Shown: positions 41,034-50,570 of the stretch, one piece after another | Layout of the letters: each line of letters begins with the position of its first letter | Numbering within the stretch: the first letter of the stretch is position 1 | IMG/VR virus record: IMGVR_UViG_2744054526_000001 | Span: 16,391-80,390 of that record | From: a virus | Lineage: Duplodnaviria; Caudoviricetes | DNA length: 64,000 bases | Direction: 5' to 3' (one strand) | Translations under genes and position numbers: made by a program | The notes under the pieces: generated by a model | Seen by the model: the letters and a program-made list of their open reading frames with translations, nothing else | Told to the model about the DNA's origin: nothing | The model's database searches: none

Positions 41034-41121
41034 CCTAACAGCGCTGGGCCAGGTGATAAAGCAGGGCTGTTAGGATCTCAACCTGAGAAAACTCGAGGGC
41101 TGTTCATTTTAGGAGGAAAGG

Positions 41122-42054
41122 ATGGAATCTGCTCGTGACAAACGCACCGGAGAAAAAGTGGATGCTGAAGAGCTCTGGTTGTTGGATATCGTTGATACCA
41201 GTGGTTATGTTTGCTGGGGATGCGGAATCGAAATGTATCCTTCCGCCTGGCAAAAAGGCAGTAAGAAAAGACCGTCGTTTAATAAAATGCCAGGAAAAGA
41301 ACACATCAACTGCGATGCTGATGCTGAGAGCACTGTTGTTAAGCAGGGCCAGAAGAAAAGCGTCCGCCATCTCTTGGACAGTGCACCGGGTTTGATGCCT
41401 GCAGGGTTAAAGTTGATTGAAAAACGCCCGGTTGTTGATCCTGACACAACGGGTGGTGAAAACAATTCGAGCACAACGCGTTCTGCATCATCAACATCCA
41501 GTAAAGGCAATCCCCCAACACGGCAATCGCGTCGTCCGGTTAATGCTATTCGTCAGATTTGTAGAGCGTTTATTCGTTTCCCGTATGATCGAGGTATGTC
41601 ACTACATATACCGGATATTGATGCCGATACTTACATGACTGTCTTTAAAAAACTTAAAGATCCGATTCAGCCCTATCCGGAACTGCGAGTTTTCTACTCA
41701 CAGTTGTTGTGGCAGAAATTTGAGCAAGATGAGAATCGGATTGTCATTCCGCTTTCGGGAGAATGGGTTAAAGATGAATCCGGAAAGCTCAAGCCTTCTC
41801 GAAGTTATAAACTCCATGTGGAATGGAGCGGCTGGTCCCAAGCTAAACGCACAGCACTTCGTAACGAGTTGGAGGCCGCCCAGGAAGAAGCGAAAGATGC
41901 GGGGAAGAAAAAGCTAAAAGACAGGGCTCAGATTTTCTTCATCGGTGAGCAAAGTACTGAGGACCATGAGGTCTTCTATGTAGCCGATTACAGGTTGATT
42001 TGTGCGATCATTGGGCATATCACTTATCCGAGAATTGAAAATATAATCAGGTAG
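41122..42054 (+). CDS. Hypothetical protein with N-terminal Zn ribbon
   Basis: 310 aa with AGGAGG RBS; CWGC...H..C; Ser/Thr-rich linker. Confidence 0.75.
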   Translation: MESARDKRTGEKVDAEELWLLDIVDTSGYVCWGCGIEMYPSAWQKGSKKRPSFNKMPGKEHINCDADAESTVVKQGQKKSVRHLLDSAPGLMPAGLKLIEKRPVVDPDTTGGENNSSTTRSASSTSSKGNPPTRQSRRPVNAIRQICRAFIRFPYDRGMSLHIPDIDADTYMTVFKKLKDPIQPYPELRVFYSQLLWQKFEQDENRIVIPLSGEWVKDESGKLKPSRSYKLHVEWSGWSQAKRTALRNELEAAQEEAKDAGKKKLKDRAQIFFIGEQSTEDHEVFYVADYRLICAIIGHITYPRIENIIR

Positions 42055-42158
42055 TTGAGTTGCAATTTTTAACAAGTTGATAACCGAGGCGACATCTTTA
42101 ATAAACCTTGCCCTGGGATTTGAATCTTCCATCAGCCAAGAGAAAAAAGGATAAATAG

Positions 42159-43943
42159 ATGTGGTCAGATAAGGAATCATCAGAGGATTACCTAAATTTT
42201 GGTGAAGTATCCCAGTTAGCTGTAGACGTGCTTACTACCGAAAACATGTTACCAGTATCAATCGGCATTTTTGGGAATTGGGGGGCAGGCAAATCTTCAC
42301 TTTTGAAATTGATAGAGCAAAAACTTGAGCAAGATAAAAAAGATTGGATTGTAATTAACTTTGACTCCTGGCTCTATCAGGGCTATGACGATGCGCGAGC
42401 AGCTCTACTTGAAGTCATCGCTACAGCATTGACAAAAGCTGCTGATGGAAATACGCCTCTCATCTCAAAAGCGAAGAGACTTCTGAGCCGAGTTGATGGG
42501 TTTAGAGCAATGGGGCTTCTGGCGGAAGGAGCTGCTTTATTTGCTGGAGTCCCTACTGGCGGTTTACTTTCTAGGGGAATTGGCGCGTTTAGGAATGTTA
42601 CCGACGGTATCCAAAGCCAGGAAGAATATGAGGCTTTGGGCAATCTGGCTAAAGAAGGCAAAGAGAAGGCTGGTGGTTTGATTAAACCTGAGGCTAAAAA
42701 AAGCCCTCCTCAGCAGATTGATGCATTTCGTAAGGAATATGGAGAAATTTTAGAAGAGCTTGGTAAGCCACTCATTGTGGTAATTGATAACCTCGACCGC
42801 TGCCTACCGGCTAATGCTATCCATACACTTGAAGCAATCAGGTTATTCCTTTTCTTAACTAATACAGCCTTTATCATTGCAGCAGATGAGGACATGATTC
42901 GTTCTTCAGTAGCTGATTACTTCAAGGGAGCATCACAGCGGCATCAAATAGACTATCTTGATAAGCTCATCCAAGTTCCTATTCGGGTGCCAAAAGCTGG
43001 GGTTCGTGAGATTCGTTCATATCTGTTCATGCTTTATGCCATTGAACATGGCTTAAAAGGCGAAAAACTTACTACGCTCCGTGACGGCCTAGAAAAGGCA
43101 TTACAGCAATCTTGGAAAGATGAACCTATTACACGCCAGGACGCTCTGAAAATGACTGGTGAGTCTGAGGATAGTAACCTCGCTTTGGCATTTGCTCGTG
43201 CGGACCGTATTGCTCCTGTGTTAGCCAATTCGCCAATTATCCATGGCAATCCTAGAATCGTTAAGCGCTTGTTGAATGTTGTCAAAATGCGATCTCAAAT
43301 TGCCAAGCGGCGAGCAATGCCTTTGGATGAAGCAATCATCACTAAGTTAGTAATCTTTGAGCGATGTGTTGGAGTAGATGGTACCGCTGACTTATATCAT
43401 CTAGTGGATATTGAACAAGGTATACCACAGTTGCTTAAACAGCTTGAGGAAGCTGACGGTCAAATACCTACTGAAGCGCCAAAGACATGGACTGATAATC
43501 CAACAACTAAAGCTTTCATTGCTCAATGGGCTCAGCTTGAACCGCGCCTTGGTGGAATCGATTTGAGAGCCGCCATATATCTGTCCAGAGAAACTATGCC
43601 AATAGGTGCATATGTGGTTGGTTTATCGTCGTATGGGCGGGAAGCACTGAATGCACTCATTGAAATGAAAAATACCAGTTCTCCCGCAGCAGAAGCTCTT
43701 TTGGAAACGCTTCCTCGTGAGGAACAAGTGCCTGTAATGGAAGGTTTAATTAGCCAGTTAAGGCAAGCATCGGATTGGACTCGTAGACCTAAGGGGTTTT
43801 CTGGTGCATGCCTTTTGGCTCGCCACTCGGCAGATGCTGCCAGTATATTAATTCGTTACTTGCAGGAATTGCAGCAGGGAACGAAGCCACCTGTATGGAT
43901 GGCTGCAGCATTGAAAGATGAGCAATGGAATAAGGACGCTTAA
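42159..43943 (+). CDS. qatA: QatA KAP-family P-loop NTPase
   Basis: MWSDKES..DYLNF, GNWGAGKSS, VIDNLDRC, YLDKLIQVP, NPRIVKR. Confidence 0.9.
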   Translation: MWSDKESSEDYLNFGEVSQLAVDVLTTENMLPVSIGIFGNWGAGKSSLLKLIEQKLEQDKKDWIVINFDSWLYQGYDDARAALLEVIATALTKAADGNTPLISKAKRLLSRVDGFRAMGLLAEGAALFAGVPTGGLLSRGIGAFRNVTDGIQSQEEYEALGNLAKEGKEKAGGLIKPEAKKSPPQQIDAFRKEYGEILEELGKPLIVVIDNLDRCLPANAIHTLEAIRLFLFLTNTAFIIAADEDMIRSSVADYFKGASQRHQIDYLDKLIQVPIRVPKAGVREIRSYLFMLYAIEHGLKGEKLTTLRDGLEKALQQSWKDEPITRQDALKMTGESEDSNLALAFARADRIAPVLANSPIIHGNPRIVKRLLNVVKMRSQIAKRRAMPLDEAIITKLVIFERCVGVDGTADLYHLVDIEQGIPQLLKQLEEADGQIPTEAPKTWTDNPTTKAFIAQWAQLEPRLGGIDLRAAIYLSRETMPIGAYVVGLSSYGREALNALIEMKNTSSPAAEALLETLPREEQVPVMEGLISQLRQASDWTRRPKGFSGACLLARHSADAASILIRYLQELQQGTKPPVWMAAALKDEQWNKDA

Positions 43944-44695
43944 TGGGAACTTCACAATCAAGTATAGGCCCGGGTGGTGGTTCTCCACTGGTTCCACCAT
44001 GGGCTGATGATCAGCCACAGCAACCCTTAACCCCGCCACAAGAACGAAGGTTTGCGCCTTTTAGGGAGTCTTTGGGAAATGCAGTTTCAAACGGCAATAG
44101 AGCAGACTTTAGAAAAGCAATAGGGCATTACGCGCGAAAAGCGTCTGGAGGGAGCAGTAGTGCAGCTCGACGACTAGGGAGTGTCACACAGGCTGGGGGC
44201 GGATTGTTTGGGGCTCTGGCGGGAGTGCAAGCGGCTCCAGGAGAACCAAGCATTGATTTGGGAAGCTTGGCTGGCCTTCCATGTGAAATAGCAATATCGG
44301 CTATTGCTCAAGCTTTAACATCACAGGATGGTGATTCAGAAAAGATTTGTGCTGCCATGAATCATGCCTTAGTGGAAGCTCTCGATGGTGTGGCAATTTT
44401 CGATCCTCAAAAAATAACTGATAGTGTGATCGTTGACACAATGATTTGTTATTTAGCTGAAAGCATTTTTCTGCAAATGGTCATGGATTCTAACAAGGCA
44501 TGGAATAAAGCGGACACTCCTTCAAAGGCCATTCATGCAGAAATTGAACTTCGAGAATTGATCAAAGTTGTTGTTGATAAGCATATGGCTCCAAAACTTG
44601 TCGGTAACATTAGGACTTTTACGAAAAACCAAATGGTTAAAATCGAGCGTCAGGTAATTACTGAGGCTTGGCAAGAATGGGAGGCCTATCAATGA
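43943..44695 (+). CDS. qatB: QatB
   Basis: MGTSQSS.GPGG..PLVPPWAD N-terminus; position between qatA and qatC. Confidence 0.88.
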   Translation: MGTSQSSIGPGGGSPLVPPWADDQPQQPLTPPQERRFAPFRESLGNAVSNGNRADFRKAIGHYARKASGGSSSAARRLGSVTQAGGGLFGALAGVQAAPGEPSIDLGSLAGLPCEIAISAIAQALTSQDGDSEKICAAMNHALVEALDGVAIFDPQKITDSVIVDTMICYLAESIFLQMVMDSNKAWNKADTPSKAIHAEIELRELIKVVVDKHMAPKLVGNIRTFTKNQMVKIERQVITEAWQEWEAYQ

Positions 44696-45996
44696 CACAC
44701 TTAGTTTTTCATCATGATCATCGTCTCTTACCGCCAGCAAGTGAGAACTTGTTGCCCGTACAGCTTTATGGATTAAGTGGGCAGGGGCGGGGTGATATAT
44801 CCATTATTGGGAATCCTGCGATTGAGCGAATTAAGCGCTTGGGAGTCAAAATTCCAGCTCAGGTCATGGATTTTTTGAGCATCGCACTAGCGGTTACAGC
44901 GGCTGATACCTTCGTTCAGCGTGAAAGCTCTGAGGATGGTTGGACTCGTCAATTCTCGCTACGACTTCCCCTTCATGAGCCATCTCGATGGATTGCTCTA
45001 AAGAAGGAACTTGAAAGCGCTTTGCATTTCCTTAGCGGAGACATCTGGGATTTCGAGTTTTGCACTGGTGGTTATGCACCGCCAGAACCCTATAGTCAAC
45101 ATTCAAGATTTCACCTAATCAAGCTCAAAGAACTTGATTGTGTCTGCTTGTTTTCGGGAGGATTAGATTCGGCTATTGGCGCAATAGATCTTCTGACAAT
45201 GGGGCGCGCTCCGCTTTTAGTTAGTCATGCTTATAAAGGAGATAAGTCACGCCAAGATCAAATCGCTGAAAGATTAAATGGTCGATATTCACGGTTTGAA
45301 ATTAATGCTGATCCGCATCACTATCAAGGTGTGACTGACATTACGATGCGAACGCGGAGCCTCAATTTTCTTGCTTTTGCGGCAGTGGGCGCTTGTGCTA
45401 TTCAAGAAGTATCTCAACAAAAAAAGGTCGATATTTTTGTGCCCGAAAACGGGTTTATCTCGTTAAATGCACCACTAACCCCACGCCGGATCGGTACGTT
45501 GAGCACACGAACAACACATCCATATTTTATTGCCAGCATCCAACAGCTGTTTGATGCGGTCGGAATTCCTTGCCAAATAATCAACCCATATCAGTTCAAA
45601 ACAAAAGGGCAAATGGCTTATCAATGTTTGAACAAGCCACTATTGACTGAAATTGTAGAAAGTACAGTATCTTGCAGTCATTGGAAACGCACTAATCAGC
45701 AGTGCGGGGTATGTGTACCGTGCATCATTCGACGGGCATCGCTTCATGCAGGGGGAATTAATAGAGACGCTGGTTACACTTTCCAGTCCCTGGCTAAAGT
45801 AATGAATGAAATTGATCGTAGGGATGACCTTATCGCTCTAAGGATTGCAATCGCCCAGAAATCCACTTTGAAAATAGGAGCATGGGTCGCCAAGAGCGGT
45901 CCCTTGCCTGTGGCCGCTTTCAGTAATTTTAAGCAAGTGTTTATGGAAGGGCTAAATGAGGTCGAAAACTACTTATTGAGTGAGGGCATTGTGTGA
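44692..45996 (+). CDS. qatC: QatC QueC-like protein
   Basis: SGGLDS PP-loop, RTRS, PENG, STRTTHP, SC.H...CG.C.PCIIRR. Confidence 0.92.
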   Translation: MTHLVFHHDHRLLPPASENLLPVQLYGLSGQGRGDISIIGNPAIERIKRLGVKIPAQVMDFLSIALAVTAADTFVQRESSEDGWTRQFSLRLPLHEPSRWIALKKELESALHFLSGDIWDFEFCTGGYAPPEPYSQHSRFHLIKLKELDCVCLFSGGLDSAIGAIDLLTMGRAPLLVSHAYKGDKSRQDQIAERLNGRYSRFEINADPHHYQGVTDITMRTRSLNFLAFAAVGACAIQEVSQQKKVDIFVPENGFISLNAPLTPRRIGTLSTRTTHPYFIASIQQLFDAVGIPCQIINPYQFKTKGQMAYQCLNKPLLTEIVESTVSCSHWKRTNQQCGVCVPCIIRRASLHAGGINRDAGYTFQSLAKVMNEIDRRDDLIALRIAIAQKSTLKIGAWVAKSGPLPVAAFSNFKQVFMEGLNEVENYLLSEGIV

Positions 45997-46718
45997 GTAT
46001 CGACATGCACTGTCATCTTGACTTATATCCTCAGCCAGAACAAGTGGCTGAGGAGTGCAGACGTCGAGGGACTTATATACTGTCGGTTACAACGACACCG
46101 AGAGCATGGCATGGGACTTCTTTACTGGCTAAAGGAAGCCAACGAATCCGAACTGCTCTTGGGCTTCATCCCCAAATTGCGCATCAAAGATCTCATGAGT
46201 TAGAGCTGTTTGATTCGTTACTTTCGGAGACCAGGTATGTTGGCGAAATAGGGCTTGATGGAGGTAAGGGGTTTAAAGAACATTGGGACGTCCAGCTGAA
46301 GGTATTTCGACACATACTTAATAGTGTGCATCGTGCCGGAGGTAAGATTATGACTATTCACAGTCGGGGATGTGCATCAGATACTATTGATGAGATTGAA
46401 AATATTGATGGTATAGCGATATTACATTGGTTTACTGGGACTCCAAAGCAGCTAGAAAGAGCAATTGATTTAGGGTGTTGGTTCTCCGTAGGACCCGCTA
46501 TGCTCGAAACAATTAAGGGGAAAGCGTTAGTTTTGAAAATTCCTAAATCACGCATTCTTACAGAAACCGATGGGCCATTTGGTAAGTTTCATAATGTTCC
46601 ACTAATGCCATGGGATAGTGAGATAGCCGAGACTCAGTTAGCCGCATTATGGGGGGTGAGCCTGAAGGATGTTAAAGCTCAGCTTGCTGATAATTTAAGA
46701 AGACTGTGTAGTTATTAA
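45993..46718 (+). CDS. qatD: QatD TatD-family nuclease
   Basis: DMHCHLD, LGLHP, GEIGLD, IHSR, LHW, ETDGP. Confidence 0.92.
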   Translation: MSIDMHCHLDLYPQPEQVAEECRRRGTYILSVTTTPRAWHGTSLLAKGSQRIRTALGLHPQIAHQRSHELELFDSLLSETRYVGEIGLDGGKGFKEHWDVQLKVFRHILNSVHRAGGKIMTIHSRGCASDTIDEIENIDGIAILHWFTGTPKQLERAIDLGCWFSVGPAMLETIKGKALVLKIPKSRILTETDGPFGKFHNVPLMPWDSEIAETQLAALWGVSLKDVKAQLADNLRRLCSY

Positions 46719-46785
46719 GTGCTTAGATAAACTCACATCTTCTCAAAAATTTTTGGTTTTGGCTGTGCACAGATAATTCCGACGT

Positions 46786-47020
46786 TCAAGCGTCCCTTAA
46801 AATGCTTGTTGAAGTCAGGGTTGTTGGTGTCCAGCACGAAGTGGCAACCATCTGGAAAATGCACCTGACCTTAATGCTCTTCGAGTTCCAGCCTTGGGTG
46901 CTGTGCCATGCCCCGATAATCATATCTCCTATGTTGTCTTCATGATTGTAAACACCGTGATGGTAGTAGGCATCTTTGTTGAATAACAAGCAAATGTGGT
47001 AATGGTATTTATCGCTTCCT
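46786..47020 (-). pseudogene. Fragment of a second YagK/inovirus-Gp2-like HUH gene
   Basis: Minus strand reads GSDKYHYHICLLFNKDAY...IIGAW, paralleling HYHLMLLFNADVY...IQKAW of the intact neighbour; no N-terminus. Confidence 0.65.
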
Positions 47021-47025
47021 AGAAA

Positions 47026-47061
47026 CTGCTACAACCTGCTACATGTAGCAGGTTGTAGCAG
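47026..47061. repeat. Perfect 36-bp palindrome
   Basis: CTGCTACAACCTGCTACA|TGTAGCAGGTTGTAGCAG with no spacer. Confidence 0.95.
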
Positions 47062-47152
47062 GGTACCGAGGCAAACTATAAAAATTTCACTGAGAAATGT
47101 GTCAATTATGTTAATTGACAGAATGAGGATAAATACCTCAGCTAGAGAGCTA

Positions 47153-47851
47153 TCAACTGGCTAATCCGCTTAACCGCGGACATTGGCTTGTACCAAAGTT
47201 GCGGTAACCGCAGTGGACATCCTTAGTTCTGGTTTTGGCCAAGTACGCCAGTCGAATCAGGAAATCCCAGTAGACTGAGTTACGATCCAAAGCATCGAAT
47301 CTGCTAAACCTGTAAACAGCATTAGGTGGGAATTCAGCTAATGTCGCGTACTCTTCGTGAGCAAGCCCTATAGCACTGCACCAAGCTTTCTGTATTCGGG
47401 TTGCCATATTTTTAGCATTGAGTTCTTGGTAATTGCCCAAGTATCCATACACATCCGCATTAAATAACAGCATCAGGTGGTAATGGGGATGCTCACTTGT
47501 GTCACGTTCTCTACACCACCCATAAGATGGAAATGTCGGGTCACCCGGTCTCTTGGACCGGTTATGATCTACCCGTAGCTGACTTTTCAGTGACTCGAAG
47601 AAGCGAGTGATTGCCTGCGTATCATCGCGCTGGAAGCAGAGGGGTAGATCAGGCTCTCCCAGTACATGGGACTGGGCAAATCTCAGATCAGAACGAATAC
47701 CTAGTATTCGGTTATTCTGCACTAGTGCGCCGTAGACCATGTTAAGTAGTGGGATGAGAATATCGCGGTCGATAGGTGATCTATACTTTTTGGAGGCTAT
47801 TTCTACCAAGTCATCAATTTCTTCGTTGGTAAGTGTATATTGTGATTCCAT
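47153..47851 (-). CDS. YagK/YfjJ-like (inovirus Gp2 family) HUH endonuclease-like protein
   Basis: R.DLRF, Y.W.RE, HPHYH, RLAYLAK..TK, RNFG.SQ. Confidence 0.85.
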   Translation of the reverse strand: MESQYTLTNEEIDDLVEIASKKYRSPIDRDILIPLLNMVYGALVQNNRILGIRSDLRFAQSHVLGEPDLPLCFQRDDTQAITRFFESLKSQLRVDHNRSKRPGDPTFPSYGWCRERDTSEHPHYHLMLLFNADVYGYLGNYQELNAKNMATRIQKAWCSAIGLAHEEYATLAEFPPNAVYRFSRFDALDRNSVYWDFLIRLAYLAKTRTKDVHCGYRNFGTSQCPRLSGLAS

Positions 47852-48114
47852 AATAATCCTTAAGTATGTAAATAATAATCTTTGGCTAATGGGTAGCCCT
47901 CACGCTACCCATGTGATGTTGGATATAACTCCTGTAGGGGAGTTATTATTACTATTGATAAGTACTGATTAGGTATAGAACCTTAATTAAGGTATATTAC
48001 ATATACCACCTTAAAATCATGAGTTGCCCTCCCTAGTCATTTAAGTTGAGGCCGCAGGATTATTGAGCTTTAGAACAAAAAAATATTATCCAGAAAAACT
48101 TAGCTACTCTGAAG

Positions 48115-49629
48115 TTATTCGTTCTTTGGTAGTTTATTAAAAGCAACAGATCCAGATGAAATTAAAGGTATGTTTGATGCTTTAGCCATATCAAAAGGAT
48201 GCACGTCTGAACCAATATATTTTACATAGTCAACGCCGTCCATTTTAAATAACTGCACTATGCCATCTTTCTCAAGTTCCTTTAAAACGGGTATCAGACG
48301 CTCTATGTTTCTAAGAGAGTATGGACCATCTCTACGAATAGTGTGCCTCCTAAAATCGTAAGATTTATTACTGATAACATGTTCCTCAAGCCAAAATAGC
48401 AACTTTTCTTTCTCGCTAGGTTTTCTGGTAGAATCTACTTTTAAAATTAAGTGGGTAATACACCATTCACTTATTTTAGCTGCTGACAGAAAAGTATCCC
48501 TAGTAATTATTGGTGAGTCGGGTGTAATAAACATTTGCATTACTGCTGCGATTCGCGTAGCTTGTTCCATTATTCTGGAACCAAAATCATCATAGTGATG
48601 CAACTCACCTCCTGATTGCATAAGTTCCCTGATTCGCTTATTTTGTGTTTCCCATAATGCTTTCGCCTCTTCAGATAAAGTAATACAGATACGTTCTTCA
48701 TTGTTTTCTCTACGCTGTATGCCGTCTTGCAAGTGCTTAACAAGAATAGAGAAAAAACCATCAAGCCCTGGTTCATCAGACCATGAACATACATCAGGGA
48801 TATCGCATGGTTCAGGTACTTGCTCCAGATCAATTAATAATAAACGGGCTAAGAACCCTGAGTTTCTTAATTTTTTTCCTTGCTTGCTTAGGAAATCGTT
48901 AAATATTGCAGGTTGCAGTAACAGCAATATGGTCAGCCGGACATCATCAACATCGTAGCTGTCACGAGATGCTCTGCTGTCTGAAATTCTCCCTTCTCCC
49001 CAAAGAGAGTTGAGAACTGATATATCGCGAAAAAGGCTACTGTCAAACACCCCTCCGGCTTCATCAGAACCGAGCATCAAGGACGGAGATCCCAGAGCTA
49101 ATGTCTTTTTAAGTCCCTCGCTTGTTGAATCATTTTTAGTAAGATACTTTCTAACCGGTGCTACCGGTCCACTTTTCTGACATTCCTCCAGTGCTTCGCG
49201 TGTTTCAGCTACATCAACCTTCTGGCGAACAGCTTTGCTAAATTGCTTTTTAAGTTCTTTTAATTCCGTATCCCAAGATACTTTTTTCAGTTCATAAATT
49301 TTTTCCTTTTCCAGAAAGATATTCTTCATTCCCTTTTCCATTTGATGGATTGTTTCCATCAGTGCTTTGAATACCGTTGACTTCCTGCTACCTGACCGTG
49401 CTAATAAAAGGAGATAAAGTGATGTAAATGTTCTCCCATTTTTAAGCTGAACATCAAATTTATCCTGACAGGAAAATGCCATTACCCCAAGTAATACTAT
49501 TAAAATAAGCTCAATGGGAGCTCCTGTTTTGTAATGTATGTAACTTATCAATCGCTGTGCAAAAGTGGGCAGCGTATGAAACTCCAGACAAAGTTCTTTA
49601 TTTTGCTTAGATTTTTTTTCCTTAGACAT
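48115..49629 (-). CDS. YfjI/DUF3987-like P-loop protein
   Basis: ARSGSRKST, SDEAG, SGFLAR motifs; C-terminal wHTH-like region. Confidence 0.85.
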   Translation of the reverse strand: MSKEKKSKQNKELCLEFHTLPTFAQRLISYIHYKTGAPIELILIVLLGVMAFSCQDKFDVQLKNGRTFTSLYLLLLARSGSRKSTVFKALMETIHQMEKGMKNIFLEKEKIYELKKVSWDTELKELKKQFSKAVRQKVDVAETREALEECQKSGPVAPVRKYLTKNDSTSEGLKKTLALGSPSLMLGSDEAGGVFDSSLFRDISVLNSLWGEGRISDSRASRDSYDVDDVRLTILLLLQPAIFNDFLSKQGKKLRNSGFLARLLLIDLEQVPEPCDIPDVCSWSDEPGLDGFFSILVKHLQDGIQRRENNEERICITLSEEAKALWETQNKRIRELMQSGGELHHYDDFGSRIMEQATRIAAVMQMFITPDSPIITRDTFLSAAKISEWCITHLILKVDSTRKPSEKEKLLFWLEEHVISNKSYDFRRHTIRRDGPYSLRNIERLIPVLKELEKDGIVQLFKMDGVDYVKYIGSDVHPFDMAKASNIPLISSGSVAFNKLPKNE

Positions 49630-49780
49630 GCATTGTATAGCTCCTCTTTTTTAGAAAAATTATACTGTTTTTGAAGCAGTCCACTTATCTATAGAAGTGG
49701 ACCGCCATCCTACCAATGAAAAGCCAAGTTGATGGACTAAGAAATATTTCCAGAATCATTTTTAATGATGAATAAATATC

Positions 49781-50020
49781 TCACAAACATTTAACGTTGG
49801 CTGTTTTTAACGTTTTTAGATAATTTTTAACATCATCTTCAAACCAATAATTTCTATTGTTAATTTTGATTGGTCTGACTAGACCGAAGGGAAGGCGATC
49901 TTCATGCAACCACATTCTTATCGTTTGAGGTTTGCGCTTTAGAAAATCAGCTAACTCAGTAGTAGATACCAAGGAAATATTATCTAGATCTAATGAGTGT
50001 AACATTTTAGATTGATTCAT
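49781..50020 (-). CDS. Small HTH protein (excisionase/AlpA-like)
   Basis: STTELADFL..KPQTIR.W...P.KI...YW...DV. Confidence 0.75.
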   Translation of the reverse strand: MNQSKMLHSLDLDNISLVSTTELADFLKRKPQTIRMWLHEDRLPFGLVRPIKINNRNYWFEDDVKNYLKTLKTANVKCL

Positions 50021-50463
50021 GCTGCCACCTCTGTAAAAGAGTTGTTGGCAAATGAATTAAAGAGGAAATTTATATGACAAAAACAAGAAGGGAATATGGA
50101 ACCAAAAGCCTCAGCAGGTTCGGGATCACTTCCATCGCTAGAACTAGAAGACAAAGAATTTTTAACTGATTTGGTGGTGCTGCGACGTGACCTTGCAGCC
50201 GAGCCTGTATGAGGCACACTCCGAAAAATTACATTCTGAAATGCAATGCTAAGTGACTTAATTCTTACGTGTTTCCGTTTCATAGCAAGGTTCATTGCAT
50301 GAAGAGCAACTTTCTTGTAATGATTTTTAAACCATTGAGCGAGTGGTCCTGCATCTGCTGATGGGGCATGGTAATAGATTTCAAAAGCCGCATTATTTAA
50401 TCCCAGCATGTTCGCCAGAATCTCTTGGTCATTGTCTAAAGCGCTGGTCTTTGAATCAAACAT
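50017..50463 (-). CDS. Hypothetical protein (yagN position)
   Basis: 148 aa with SSSSSDGSDPEP low-complexity tail, GGAG RBS. Confidence 0.6.
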   Translation of the reverse strand: MFDSKTSALDNDQEILANMLGLNNAAFEIYYHAPSADAGPLAQWFKNHYKKVALHAMNLAMKRKHVRIKSLSIAFQNVIFRSVPHTGSAARSRRSTTKSVKNSLSSSSSDGSDPEPAEAFGSIFPSCFCHINFLFNSFANNSFTEVAA

Positions 50464-50570
50464 TCTGATACATCTCCTTTATGGTTGAGGTTTATGAGTC
50501 GATTTTCATCTAAGTTTGTATTCCTGTCAATATATCCACACTCCGTTTAACTTATTGATAATATTGAATA

